DNA of 64,000 bases, taken from assembly GCA_016866335.1 (NCBI GenBank), contig VGMT01000010.1, positions 3,144 through 67,143 of the forward strand, written 5' to 3'. A program made the translations under genes and the position numbers. The number at the start of each line of letters is the position of its first letter. The stretch's first letter is position 1. Below are positions 1 through 10,095 of the stretch, piece by piece. Below the pieces are notes generated by a model, which saw nothing but the letters and a program-made list of their open reading frames with translations, was not told the DNA's origin and ran no database searches. This stretch comes from Bacteroidota bacterium (GTDB lineage: Bacteria > Bacteroidota > Bacteroidia > CAIKAF01).

Positions 1-28
1 TGGCAGGGCTTTGAGCCATGCTTTGGTC

Positions 29-352
29 TTAGTTCGCAGCCTCAGACAAACTGGCCGAGTTGTCCATTGAAATGGCCGATTTCTCGAACTTAATGTGGTT
101 TTTATCCACCATTTCTAAGGTAACAGTGGTATCGGTCATGTCTAGGATTTTCCCATGAATTCCCCCTATGGTTACCACCCGGTCGCCCTTTTTCAAGGCT
201 TCACGGAATTTTTTCTGGTCTTTGGACTTTTTCATTTGAGGACGAATCATGAAAAAGTAAAAGACAACCAGAATAAGACCTAGAAAGATAAACTGGGAGA
301 AATCTCCTTGGCCGCCGCCTGAGCCGCCGCCTAACATTAGAAATGGGTTCAT
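29..352 (-). CDS. yajC: preprotein translocase subunit YajC
   Basis: 107-aa ORF with one N-terminal TM helix and the conserved YajC core (IRPQMKK...GDRVVTIGGIHGKI). Part of the conserved Bacteroidetes nusB-DUF1573-yajC arrangement. Confidence 0.85.
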   Translation of the reverse strand: MNPFLMLGGGSGGGQGDFSQFIFLGLILVVFYFFMIRPQMKKSKDQKKFREALKKGDRVVTIGGIHGKILDMTDTTVTLEMVDKNHIKFEKSAISMDNSASLSEAAN

Positions 353-361
353 AGATTTGGA

Positions 362-865
362 TTAATGGTTGTGCCCTTCGTGGCTTTCACCGGGAGCGTG
401 GTTATGACCGGCATGGTCACCGCCTTCTTTGTCGCCGTTTGGATCAATGACTTGTCCAACCACATGAAGAACGGTTACGTTGGGTTCGGTATTGGCAGTT
501 AGGGTAACGGTTTGGGTGATTGGGCCACCTTTTTTATTGGTGCTATCAAACACCACCTTGATTTCACCTTTCTCGCCAGGTTTAATGGGGCCTTCGGGTT
601 TTGATGGAACGGTGCATCCACAAGAACCTTTTGCATCAGCGATCACCAACTGCTCGGAACCCGTATTGGTAAAGGTGAACGTGAATTCAGACTTTTCGCC
701 TTTTTGAAGGGTACCAAAGTCGAAGGTGTCCTTTTCAAATACCATAGTGGTGGTTTTTCCCACCAAATCCGCAGGGATTTCGGTGGAATCCGAATTGCCT
801 TTTCCGCCGCAGCCGGCAATGAGTAAGGAAGAAAAAAGAACCGATGAAAACAGAAAACGTACCAT
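362..865 (-). CDS. DUF1573-family lipoprotein with His-rich C-terminal tail
   Basis: Signal peptide plus lipobox (LIAGCGG). DUF1573-like core (FDFG..QKGEK..FTFTFTNTGSEQLVI...GSCGCTVP...IKPGEKGEIKV). C-terminus HAGHNHAPGESHEGHNH suggests metal binding. Confidence 0.65.
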   Translation of the reverse strand: MVRFLFSSVLFSSLLIAGCGGKGNSDSTEIPADLVGKTTTMVFEKDTFDFGTLQKGEKSEFTFTFTNTGSEQLVIADAKGSCGCTVPSKPEGPIKPGEKGEIKVVFDSTNKKGGPITQTVTLTANTEPNVTVLHVVGQVIDPNGDKEGGDHAGHNHAPGESHEGHNH

Positions 866-895
866 GAGATTAGAATTTATGTTTGTGCAAAGATA

Positions 896-1840
896 TTAAG
901 CATCCAGCAAACCTCGGCCGGTTTTTTTTATTTTTCCTGAAGCTGAAAAATCAGCCACCAGTTTATCTAAAATACCGTTGATAAAGGTTTTGCTTTTGGG
1001 GGTAGAAAAGTGTTTTGAAAGTTCAATGTATTCGTTCAATGTAACCTTAACTGGAATGCTTTGAAATTCAACCAATTCGGTTAAGGCAAGTTTCATGAGC
1101 ATCAAATCCATGATGGCAATACGGTCCAGTTCCCAGTTTTTCGCTTTTTCTTGGATGGCCTCTTGGTATTGGTCGTTATGCAGAATGGCCTTTCTAAACA
1201 AATCAACCATAAAGGCTTTGTCGTCTTTTTCGTCTTTGTAGAGTTTTTCCAACTTCAGTTTTCCCTTTTCGCCCAACGATTTCATTGTTTTCATTAGGGA
1301 GTTGTTGACCACATACAGGTCATCGGACCAGTGAATGTTAATGGATTCATAAATGGATTCGAGTATTTCTTCCTGAAAAACCTCTTCGGTATAAATAGAA
1401 ACCAAAGCCTGATGGTGCTGTTCCATGCTAGGGCTCGTCAAGGCCATGTATTCTAAAAAGGCTGAATTTTTTTTGATTTTTCTCCATAGTTTATGGATTT
1501 CTTCTTGATAGGCAGACCAACTCACCTTGTGGTGGGACAACAATTGCAAAAAATCTGGATTTTCCGACATTGTTTTCAAGTAAGGATTGTCCAAAAAAGC
1601 ATTGCTGTCTTTTAAATCTTCTGGGCTTGGAATATTTTTCTTTTTCCCGTCTTGCTTATCGAGCAAGGCCAAATGCCGAAATTCGGCCATCAGCGACAAC
1701 TGATACAAATACAGGCGGTAAATTTCTTCGGCCGACTCCACCATATACTTTTCGGCGGCGGGCACATTGGTTAATCCCGACTGCAAATAGCCATAGAGTG
1801 CTTGCAAAACCTTAACCCTGATGTGCCTTCTATTCAACAT
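896..1840 (-). CDS. nusB: transcription antitermination factor NusB (long Bacteroidetes form)
   Basis: N-terminus MLNRRHIRVKVLQALYGY is a typical NusB start. The roughly 310-aa length is typical for Bacteroidetes NusB. It sits in the conserved context with yajC. Confidence 0.8.
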   Translation of the reverse strand: MLNRRHIRVKVLQALYGYLQSGLTNVPAAEKYMVESAEEIYRLYLYQLSLMAEFRHLALLDKQDGKKKNIPSPEDLKDSNAFLDNPYLKTMSENPDFLQLLSHHKVSWSAYQEEIHKLWRKIKKNSAFLEYMALTSPSMEQHHQALVSIYTEEVFQEEILESIYESINIHWSDDLYVVNNSLMKTMKSLGEKGKLKLEKLYKDEKDDKAFMVDLFRKAILHNDQYQEAIQEKAKNWELDRIAIMDLMLMKLALTELVEFQSIPVKVTLNEYIELSKHFSTPKSKTFINGILDKLVADFSASGKIKKTGRGLLDA

Positions 1841-1906
1841 ATTGTGTGCAAATTAACCCTAAGAACGAAGAAATGAACGAAAAGAAAAACGGAAAAAGAA
1901 GGGGGC

Positions 1907-3007
1907 TTATCCTCGAGTACGAATACCGGCAATGGCATCGATCCGGCGTTGAGCGAAATTTATGGCAACATTCCCACTAAAGGTATTGTTGTCGCGGGCC
2001 TCCGTCAGAATCGAACCGCAAACATCGTAAATAAACTCTGCCTTTTTCATGGCAGCGTCTTTGGAATAACCTTCCAATTCACCGTTTACATTGATTAATC
2101 CTCCTGAGTTGATTAAGAAATCAGGAGCGTAGACCATGTTCCGATCCAGCATCTGCTGTCCGTGTTTTTTCTCAGATTTCAACTGATTGTTGGCTCCCCC
2201 GGCAACAATATCGCAGCGCAGGGTGGACAAGGTATCGTCGTTTAAGATTCCGCCCAATGCGCAAGGAGCAAAAATATCCATGTTGGTGCTGAAGACCTGA
2301 TCGGCAGCAACCACCTCAACCGAAGGCTGACGTTGTTTGATGGCTTGAATTTTATCTTCAAAAATATCCGAAACCTTAACCTTGGCCCCTTCTTTAATCA
2401 AGTTGTCAATCAAATAGCTGCCTACATGGCCAGCGCCTTGAACCAAGATGGTTTTACCTGAAAGCGAATCGGAGCCATAGGCAAATTTGGCCGAAGCTTT
2501 CATTCCCATGTACACCCCATAAGCTGTAACAGGCGAAGGGTCTCCACTGCCCCCCAAATGTTCAGGCAAACCAGTAACGAATGAAGTTTCTGCGTGGATG
2601 TATTCCATATCGCGGGTTGACATACCCACGTCTTCGGCAGTAATGTACTTGCCGTTTAAGGACTGAACAAATTTGCCAAATCGGCGAAGCAGGGCCTCGT
2701 TTTTCAGCGAGCGGGCATCTCCGACAATAACAGCCTTACCGCCGCCCAGGTTCAACCCTGCAATAGAAGCTTTGAATGTCATTCCACGGCTTAGGCGCAA
2801 AACGTCTTCAACGGCATCTTCGAGCCTTTCGTAGGCCCACATGCGGGTTCCGCCTAGGGCTGGGCCTAAGGTTGTATTGTGAATTCCAATAATGGCTTTC
2901 AACCCTGTATGCTTGTCTTGGCAAAAGACCACTTGCTCATGGTCCATCGCAGACATTTGATTTAAAACATGGGTTGATTGAATTGAGGTTTCGGCAGCAA
3001 GTTCCAT
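1907..3007 (-). CDS. Glu/Leu/Phe/Val dehydrogenase family (leucine dehydrogenase-like)
   Basis: 366 aa. GGGKAVIVGD catalytic-lysine motif and a GAGHVGSYL Rossmann motif. Confidence 0.8.
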   Translation of the reverse strand: MELAAETSIQSTHVLNQMSAMDHEQVVFCQDKHTGLKAIIGIHNTTLGPALGGTRMWAYERLEDAVEDVLRLSRGMTFKASIAGLNLGGGKAVIVGDARSLKNEALLRRFGKFVQSLNGKYITAEDVGMSTRDMEYIHAETSFVTGLPEHLGGSGDPSPVTAYGVYMGMKASAKFAYGSDSLSGKTILVQGAGHVGSYLIDNLIKEGAKVKVSDIFEDKIQAIKQRQPSVEVVAADQVFSTNMDIFAPCALGGILNDDTLSTLRCDIVAGGANNQLKSEKKHGQQMLDRNMVYAPDFLINSGGLINVNGELEGYSKDAAMKKAEFIYDVCGSILTEARDNNTFSGNVAINFAQRRIDAIAGIRTRG

Positions 3008-3104
3008 TTGGGTGATTGATTAATTACCTTTGAGGCGGTTGTCGTTTGCTGCAAATGTAGATTTTTTCATCGGATTCAAAGGACACCCAAGTACATTTCA
3101 CCCT

Positions 3105-4889
3105 ATGAATGCCCTAGCAAGTTTAAATAGTTATTTGTGGAAATACAGAGGAAGGTTGGCACTGGGGCTACTTTTCGTTGTTGGTTCTAACCTTTTTGCT
3201 GTGTTTCCGGCAGGCTTGATCCAGGAGTCCATCGACTTGGTTAGCAGCTATTTAACCGAAATAAAATCAAACCCTACCACCACCAACACCCAGGATTTTT
3301 TTCAGGTTTTGGTTCGTTTATCGTCCTTGATTTTTCTTTTCGCCTTGTTTAAAGGCATTCTACTGTTTATGGTTCGGCAAACCATCATTATTACTTCGCG
3401 TTGGATTGAGTACGACTTAAAAAACAAGGTTTTTGGGCACTACCAAAAAATGGATTTGGGATTTTTTCGGCGGCATGCCACCGGCGACCTCATGAATAGA
3501 TTGTCTGAAGACATAAGCAATGTACGCATGTATTTGGGGCCGGTAATCATGTATGGCCTTAACACCATTGTTCTGTTTGTTTTGGTTTTGGTTATGATGC
3601 TTAAAAAAAGTCCATTTTTAACCCTATTGGTTTTTGTCCCCATGCCCCTGCTCTCGGCTTTGGTTTACTTTGTCAACAAACGAATTTTAATCCAATCCAC
3701 AAAAGTCCAAGAGGCCTTATCTTCCATTAGCTCGTTTGTTCAAGAATTTTTGTCGGGCATACGAATTGTAAAATCCTATGGCAGGCAAGAAGAATTTGAA
3801 GGTAGATTTGAAAATCAAAGCGAGGGGTATCGATCTGAGGCCGTTCGGCTCATGATTATAAATGCTGTTTTTTTCCCACTCATTCTATTGTTGATTGGCA
3901 TAAGCACTATTTTGGCTGTAGGAGTTGGGGGCTGGGAGGTGTACCAACAGCGCATAAGTCCTGGTGTAATTGCCGAATTCATAATCTATGTAAACCTTTT
4001 GACCTGGCCGGTAGCTTCTCTAGGCTGGATTACTTCTATTTGGCAACGTGCAGAGGCCTCGCAACAACGCATCAATGAATTTCTGAACACCCAATCCAGT
4101 TTACAGGATGGCGAACTTCAGGTTGACCCCAATCAATTTGTATTGGAATTTCACCATGTTGATTTCACTTACCCTGAAACAGGGATTCAGGCCTTAAAAT
4201 CGGTTTCCTTTAGGCTTGAATCAGGGCAGGTATTAGGGATTACAGGTAAAACCGGCTCAGGAAAATCAACCATAGCCTTATTAATGATGCGGTTTTATGA
4301 CCCAAGCAATGGGTGTATCCGTTTAAATGGAAAAGACATTAAGGAATATTCGGTCGCCTCTCTACGTTCGGTTTTTTCTTTTGTACCTCAAGATGTTTTT
4401 CTTTTTTCAGATACCATTGAAAACAACATTCGATTTGGAGCTCAATCCACAGACGATCAAACGGAAGAAGCCCTAATCTATGCTTCAACCCAGGCTGGCT
4501 TGCATCAAAACGTGATGGAATTTTCGGAAGGCTACCAAACCCGATTAGGGGAACGGGGAGTAACCTTAAGCGGCGGGCAAAAACAACGCAGCAGCATTGC
4601 CCGAGCCTTATTTAAAAAAGGAAATTGTTTGATTCTTGACGATGCCCTTTCGGCAGTCGATACCAGTACAGAGCGAGAAATTCTTGACAACCTTAAGCAA
4701 TTGAAAGGCCATGCCTCAATGGTTTTAATTTCGCATAGGGTCTCTACCCTACTGCCCGCACAGCTTATTTTGGTGTTGGACCAAGGGGAACGGATTGAGT
4801 TCGGAAGCCCCTCGGAATTGATTCAATTGAAAGGCCTGTATTTTCAATTTGTGGAGCAACAAGGCGCCAGCCGAGTTTTAGAATCCTAA
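3105..4889 (+). CDS. ABC transporter, fused permease/ATP-binding protein (MsbA/exporter type)
   Basis: Six predicted TM segments followed by Walker A (GKTGSGKST), the LSGGQKQR signature and Walker B (ILDDALSAVD). The start is moved from the track's 3030 to the internal Met MNALASL at 3105. Confidence 0.8.
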   Translation: MNALASLNSYLWKYRGRLALGLLFVVGSNLFAVFPAGLIQESIDLVSSYLTEIKSNPTTTNTQDFFQVLVRLSSLIFLFALFKGILLFMVRQTIIITSRWIEYDLKNKVFGHYQKMDLGFFRRHATGDLMNRLSEDISNVRMYLGPVIMYGLNTIVLFVLVLVMMLKKSPFLTLLVFVPMPLLSALVYFVNKRILIQSTKVQEALSSISSFVQEFLSGIRIVKSYGRQEEFEGRFENQSEGYRSEAVRLMIINAVFFPLILLLIGISTILAVGVGGWEVYQQRISPGVIAEFIIYVNLLTWPVASLGWITSIWQRAEASQQRINEFLNTQSSLQDGELQVDPNQFVLEFHHVDFTYPETGIQALKSVSFRLESGQVLGITGKTGSGKSTIALLMMRFYDPSNGCIRLNGKDIKEYSVASLRSVFSFVPQDVFLFSDTIENNIRFGAQSTDDQTEEALIYASTQAGLHQNVMEFSEGYQTRLGERGVTLSGGQKQRSSIARALFKKGNCLILDDALSAVDTSTEREILDNLKQLKGHASMVLISHRVSTLLPAQLILVLDQGERIEFGSPSELIQLKGLYFQFVEQQGASRVLES

Positions 4890-5031
4890 AATGGGTGTGT
4901 GGCAAAGGGTATTTTTAACCTAAAAGTCAAAAATAGAAACCATTGGTAAACCATTAGGTAAGAAAAAGGAACATTTTTGTGGTTTGGGAAATCCTTTTAA
5001 TTATATTTGGTTTGTAAACCAGCCATCGCTT

Positions 5032-5382
5032 ATGGAAGACAATTACCGAAACAACCAGAACGAACGCTTCTCTAAGTCAGTTCGTGCGGGCAAAAGAACC
5101 TATTTTTTCGATGTTAAGGCCACCCGAGATGAGAACCTTTTCATTACCATTACCGAGAGCAAACGCCGGCCAAGGCCCGATGGTTCTTTCTTTTACGAAA
5201 AACACAAATTGTTTTTGTACAAAGAAGATTTAATCAAGTTTTCTGATGGGCTTCAAGAAGCTTTGGATTTTGTTCGTGAAAACAACCCTACCCCAGTTGA
5301 AGAACAAGTCTATACCCCAGGAAGAGATGGCGAAAATCGGGATACCGATTATCCAGATGTCCGATTCGAAGACTTCGAATAA
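5032..5382 (+). CDS. DUF3276-like (PUR-alpha-like) small protein
   Basis: Roughly 115-aa basic protein. FFDVKATRDENLFITITESKRR resembles the Bacteroidetes DUF3276 family. The start is chosen at the internal Met (MEDNYRNN). Confidence 0.45.
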   Translation: MEDNYRNNQNERFSKSVRAGKRTYFFDVKATRDENLFITITESKRRPRPDGSFFYEKHKLFLYKEDLIKFSDGLQEALDFVRENNPTPVEEQVYTPGRDGENRDTDYPDVRFEDFE

Positions 5383-5427
5383 GTTAAGTTCTTAACAAAT
5401 TGTCAACACAGGCCAAAAGCCTGTTGA

Positions 5428-5461
5428 GGGATTCGTAATTTTGACGTAATCCCTTTTTTTT
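5428..5461 (+). terminator. putative rho-independent terminator (GC stem then T8) between DUF3276 gene and dnaE
   Basis: gggattcgtaattttgacgtaatccc hairpin followed by tttttttt, immediately before the dnaE ATG. Confidence 0.4.
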
Positions 5462-8400
5462 ATGTCTTCAGGTCACTCTTTCAACCACCTTCATGTTCAT
5501 ACTCAATTCTCTTTGTTGGATGGAGCAGCCGATATTTCAAAGCTGTACGATAAAGCCATTGCCGATGGAATGAAAGGAATGGCCATCACCGACCATGGCA
5601 ACATGTTTGGGGTGTTTAAATTCGTGGCAGAAGCCTGGAAACGCAAAGATGGACAAGGAAATCCCTTAGTTAAACCCATTATTGGTTGCGAGTTTTACGT
5701 GGTTCAAGACCGACACCGCCAAAGTTTTTCCCGAGAAGAAAAAGACATCCGCTACCACCAGCTGATGCTGGCAAAAAACGAGGAAGGGTATCGAAACCTA
5801 TGCAAACTTACCTCCCTTGGCTACATGGAAGGAATGTATGGAAAATACCCCCGAATCGACAAGGAACTCATTCTACAATACCACAAAGGACTTATTGCCA
5901 CCACCTGTTGCCTAGGTGCCGAAGTGCCCAAGGCCATTATGCAAAAAACCGAGGAAGAAGCCGAAGCTGTTTTTAAATGGTGGCTCGATTTGTTCGGAGA
6001 AGATTACTACATCGAAATTCAACGGCATCACATTCCCGACCAAGAAAAAGTAAATGCGGTTCTACTTAAATGGGCCCAAAAATACCAGGTACCCCTCATT
6101 GCTTCGAACGACTCACATTATGTAAACCAACAAGACAGCAATGCCCACGACATTCTACTTTGCATAAACACCGGCGAAAAGAAAAGCACCCCAACCATCA
6201 AGGAGTTTGGCGACGACGATATGATGTCTAAAGGCAAGCGCTTTGCCTTCTACAACGATCAATTTTTCTTTAAAACCGGGCAAGAAATGGGTCAATTGTT
6301 TAAAGACCTGCCCCAGGCCCTGGAACGAACCCAAGAAATTGTCGACAAGGTTGATACACTTAACCTTGAAAAGCAAATTCTGCTTCCCAATTTCCCCATT
6401 CCCGAGGGGTTTGCAAATCAAGATGCTTACCTGCGCCACATTACCTTTAAGGGAGCAAAAGAACGCTACGGAGAAATCAGCGCCGAAGTGGAAGAACGGT
6501 TAAATTTCGAACTGTTCACCGTTGAGCAAATGGGCTTTGCCGGCTATTTTTTGATAGTATCGGATTTTATTGATGCCGGCCGTAAATTGGGCGTACTGAT
6601 TGGCCCCGGTCGGGGTTCTGCCGCCGGTTCGGCCGTGGCGTATTGCATTGGAATCACCAACATAGACCCCATCAAATACGATTTGCTGTTCGAACGTTTC
6701 CTAAACCCCGAACGCAAAAGCATGCCCGATATCGATACCGATTTTGATGATGCCGGACGCCAAAAGGTGATCGATTATGTGGTAGACAAATACGGGAAAA
6801 ACCAGGTCGCTCACATCATTACCTACGGCTCTATGGCCGCAAAAATGAGCATCAAAGACGTAGCTCGAGTCATGGATCTTCCCATTTCTGATTCGAATGC
6901 CCTCTCTAAATTGGTACCTGAAAAACCAGGCATTTCGTTAAAACGGATTCTTAGAGCACCTGAAGACGGGAAAGATGGCCTTAAAGACAACGAAAAACTC
7001 TCGGAAGACGAACTGAAAGGCGTACGCGAATTAAGAAAGCTGCTTTCTACTCCAGGCCTAAACTCCGATATTCTCAAAGAGGCCGAATTGCTGGAAGGAA
7101 GTGTACGGAATACCGGAATCCATGCCGCAGGGATTATCATTGCTCCTAGCGATTTAAACGACCTGATTCCCGTTGCAACGGCAAAGGACACTGATTTGTT
7201 GGTTACCCAATACGACGGATCAATCATCGAAAATGCAGGAGTCATAAAAATGGACTTCCTTGGACTTAAAACCCTGAGCATTCTAAAGTATGCCATTGAA
7301 TTAATCCAAGAAAACCATCGGGTTACTATCGACCTAGACAGCATTCCCCTTGACGACAGCAAAACCTTTGAGCTGTATCAAAAAGGGGAAACCAACGCCA
7401 CATTCCAATTTGAATCGGTGGGAATGCAGAAATACTTGCGTGAGCTAAAACCCGATAAACTTGAAGATTTAATTGCCATGAATGCCCTGTATCGACCAGG
7501 GCCAATTGAATACATTCCGGAATTTGTGGCCAGAAAACACGGCCGAAAATCCATTGTGTACGACCTTCCTGATATGGAAGAATTCCTGAATGAAACCTAT
7601 GGAATTACTGTTTATCAGGAACAGGTTATGCTTTTGTCGCAAAAACTCGCCGGTTTTACCAAAGGCCAGGCCGACACCCTGCGAAAAGCCATGGGGAAAA
7701 AGCAAAAAGCCGTTCTTGACCAACTTAAAGGCCTTTTCATGGAAGGTTGCGAAAAGAACGGTCACCCTGCAAAAGTTTGTGAAAAGGTTTGGACCGATTG
7801 GGAGGCCTTCGCCAGCTATGCCTTCAACAAATCGCATTCAACCTGCTATGCCTACGTAGCCTACCAAACCGCCTATTTAAAAGCCCATTATCCTGCCGAA
7901 TACATGGCCTCGGTGTTGTCAAACAATTTGAGCAACAGCGACAAATTGATTTTCTTCATGGAAGAATGCCGCAGAATGGGCTTAACCATTCTAGGTCCCA
8001 ACGTGAACGAATCCATCACCAACTTTTCGGTAAATGCCAACGGCGAAATCCGTTTTGGCCTAGGCGCCATAAAAAACGTGGGCGAAGCCGCCATGGAAGG
8101 CATCATTCAAGAACGGAAGACCAATGGCCCCTTCAAAGATGTGTTTGATTTTCTGACCCGTGTAAATTTGGGAGCGGTAAATCGCCGAGTAATCGAGAAC
8201 CTTGCCTTGGGTGGAGCCATGGACAGCATCCCCCCTCTGCACCGTGCCCAGTATTTTGAAGAAGAAAACCCAGGAAGCGGCCCCTTTATTGAACGGCTGG
8301 TGCGCTGGGGAACCTCATACCAAAACCAGGTTAAAAATGCAGCTCCTAGCCTATTCGGAGAAACCAATACCACCGAAATAGCCTTTCCCAATCCTCCCGA

Positions 8401-9058
8401 TTGCAGCCCATGGAATCCGCTTGCCCAACTAAAAAAAGAAAAAGAAATCACCGGTTTTTACCTTTCTGGCCACCCCCTTGATGATTTTAGCTTCGAATTG
8501 AAAAGGTTTTGCAACAGAACCCTGTCTGCACTTGAATCTCTTCAAACTCTTCAAGGACACACAATTACGGTTGGAGGGATTGTAGGCGAAGTGACCCATA
8601 GAACCACTAAAACCGGCAAGCCCTTCGGAATTTTAAACCTAGAAGACCTTACCGGCAACATTGAAATTGCCCTTTTTGGCGACGATTATCTAAAGTTCAA
8701 GCCTTATTTGGAAACAGGATTGTTCGTTTTTGTTCGTGGTTTGATTCAACCCCGATTTCGAGATTCAGACCAGTTGGAATTTAAGGTACAGCACATGGAA
8801 TTGCTGAACGACTTAAGGGCAAAGCGTCTCAAAGAACTGCATTGTTCCATTAAATTGGAAAACGTGAATTCGGAACTTATTTCTTCTTTATCGGCCTTAG
8901 CCAAGGAACACCCTGGAGAAACTCAAATACGCCTTCGTGTTTCGCATTCCGAAGCAGAAATGGTCGTTTTTCTTGAGTCAGCTAAGCTGTCGGTAAATCC
9001 TGAAGATGTGGTTTTCGAAAAGCTGCAGGCCATTCCTGGCCTAAGCCTTAATTTATAG
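5462..9058 (+). CDS. dnaE: DNA polymerase III subunit alpha
   Basis: 1198 aa. N-terminal PHP domain (HLHVHTQFSLLDGA), polymerase core, and OB-fold-like C-terminus. Confidence 0.95.
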   Translation: MSSGHSFNHLHVHTQFSLLDGAADISKLYDKAIADGMKGMAITDHGNMFGVFKFVAEAWKRKDGQGNPLVKPIIGCEFYVVQDRHRQSFSREEKDIRYHQLMLAKNEEGYRNLCKLTSLGYMEGMYGKYPRIDKELILQYHKGLIATTCCLGAEVPKAIMQKTEEEAEAVFKWWLDLFGEDYYIEIQRHHIPDQEKVNAVLLKWAQKYQVPLIASNDSHYVNQQDSNAHDILLCINTGEKKSTPTIKEFGDDDMMSKGKRFAFYNDQFFFKTGQEMGQLFKDLPQALERTQEIVDKVDTLNLEKQILLPNFPIPEGFANQDAYLRHITFKGAKERYGEISAEVEERLNFELFTVEQMGFAGYFLIVSDFIDAGRKLGVLIGPGRGSAAGSAVAYCIGITNIDPIKYDLLFERFLNPERKSMPDIDTDFDDAGRQKVIDYVVDKYGKNQVAHIITYGSMAAKMSIKDVARVMDLPISDSNALSKLVPEKPGISLKRILRAPEDGKDGLKDNEKLSEDELKGVRELRKLLSTPGLNSDILKEAELLEGSVRNTGIHAAGIIIAPSDLNDLIPVATAKDTDLLVTQYDGSIIENAGVIKMDFLGLKTLSILKYAIELIQENHRVTIDLDSIPLDDSKTFELYQKGETNATFQFESVGMQKYLRELKPDKLEDLIAMNALYRPGPIEYIPEFVARKHGRKSIVYDLPDMEEFLNETYGITVYQEQVMLLSQKLAGFTKGQADTLRKAMGKKQKAVLDQLKGLFMEGCEKNGHPAKVCEKVWTDWEAFASYAFNKSHSTCYAYVAYQTAYLKAHYPAEYMASVLSNNLSNSDKLIFFMEECRRMGLTILGPNVNESITNFSVNANGEIRFGLGAIKNVGEAAMEGIIQERKTNGPFKDVFDFLTRVNLGAVNRRVIENLALGGAMDSIPPLHRAQYFEEENPGSGPFIERLVRWGTSYQNQVKNAAPSLFGETNTTEIAFPNPPDCSPWNPLAQLKKEKEITGFYLSGHPLDDFSFELKRFCNRTLSALESLQTLQGHTITVGGIVGEVTHRTTKTGKPFGILNLEDLTGNIEIALFGDDYLKFKPYLETGLFVFVRGLIQPRFRDSDQLEFKVQHMELLNDLRAKRLKELHCSIKLENVNSELISSLSALAKEHPGETQIRLRVSHSEAEMVVFLESAKLSVNPEDVVFEKLQAIPGLSLNL

Positions 9059-9458
9059 CGTAACGCTCGGCCAATTTTTTCAACAAATGCCCTAGGAATT
9101 GTTCCAAAGGCTTGGCCGCCATCATTTGCATAAAAGGGTTCATATCTGCCTGCACCTGCATTCCCACCTCAGTTTCCTGCGTCGAAATTGGGTTTAAATG
9201 CAGTTTTAAATCGACCGCAAAGGGTTTGTTGTCAACGGTTCTTAACGAAACGGCAGAGTTTGAATCGCCCGAAGAACAGCGCTCAAGTCCGATACGTCCC
9301 AGGTTGCCAAGCTTAAAAAAGCAGCGTTCAGAGCTGGCTTCAAACTGACTGACCGATTCAGGCATTAGGCCTTCCAGGTTTTGCAAATCTGAAAAAAAAG
9401 CCAAAACCTGATCGGCCGAGGCAGCCATGCTGCGTGGATGAATTGTTAAATTAACCAT
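9048..9458 (-). CDS. hypothetical protein (possibly SRPBCC-like)
   Basis: 136-aa ORF convergent with dnaE, overlapping its end by 11 bp. No recognisable motif. Confidence 0.4.
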   Translation of the reverse strand: MVNLTIHPRSMAASADQVLAFFSDLQNLEGLMPESVSQFEASSERCFFKLGNLGRIGLERCSSGDSNSAVSLRTVDNKPFAVDLKLHLNPISTQETEVGMQVQADMNPFMQMMAAKPLEQFLGHLLKKLAERYAIN

Positions 9459-10095
9459 TGGGATTCCAATTTTCTGGATTTGAGCGCCAGGCCTGTAAGC
9501 CTTCTATTTCGGTAGATTGTATGCTATTTTCGGCGGTTGCCACCTGAATTAAATCGGCGTAGCTCGAAATGGTTTTCACTTGCACCTGATCTTCAGAAAA
9601 CCGATGTTCAGCCATATCAAAGCCATAGGAAAAAAGGGCGAGCATGTGCTGAACAGAGTGCCCAGCGCTGCGCAAGGCATGAACGGCCTCCAAACTGCTT
9701 TTGCCTGTTGAAATCAAATCTTCAACCACCAAAACGGGACCGGGAGGAATTTGCCCCTCTATTTGACTACCGGTTCCATGACTTTTAGGGGCAGACCTTA
9801 CATAAGCAAAGGGCAGATTTAAGCGTTCGGCCAACAAAACTCCGTGGGCAATTCCCCCCGTAGCTACACCGGCCACCGAATTAAATGGGGCATGAAACGA
9901 AAGAGCCAGTTGCTCCAAATTCAGAGCAATAAAGGCCCGCAGCTCAGGATAAGACAACGTTAAACGGTTGTCGCAATAGATGGGCGATTTCCAACCTGAG
10001 GCCCAAGTGAATGGGGTTTGCGGTTGCAAACGAATTGCCTTAATTTGCAGTAATTTCCGAGCAAAATCCTCGGAAGCAGTAGGAAAGTCGGACAT
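9451..10095 (-). CDS. pyrE: orotate phosphoribosyltransferase
   Basis: 214 aa. FTWASGWKSPIYCDNR and the PRPP-binding loop VLVVEDLISTGKS. Confidence 0.85.
   Translation of the reverse strand: MSDFPTASEDFARKLLQIKAIRLQPQTPFTWASGWKSPIYCDNRLTLSYPELRAFIALNLEQLALSFHAPFNSVAGVATGGIAHGVLLAERLNLPFAYVRSAPKSHGTGSQIEGQIPPGPVLVVEDLISTGKSSLEAVHALRSAGHSVQHMLALFSYGFDMAEHRFSEDQVQVKTISSYADLIQVATAENSIQSTEIEGLQAWRSNPENWNPNG

Noticed and set aside
5686-8451. Numerous 60-180 aa ORFs on both strands inside dnaE (5686..5976, 6155..6439, 6823..7362, 7469..7837 and others).
   Set aside because: They are fully embedded in a 1198-aa gene whose reading frame is continuous and well supported. These are antisense or alternate-frame shadow ORFs.
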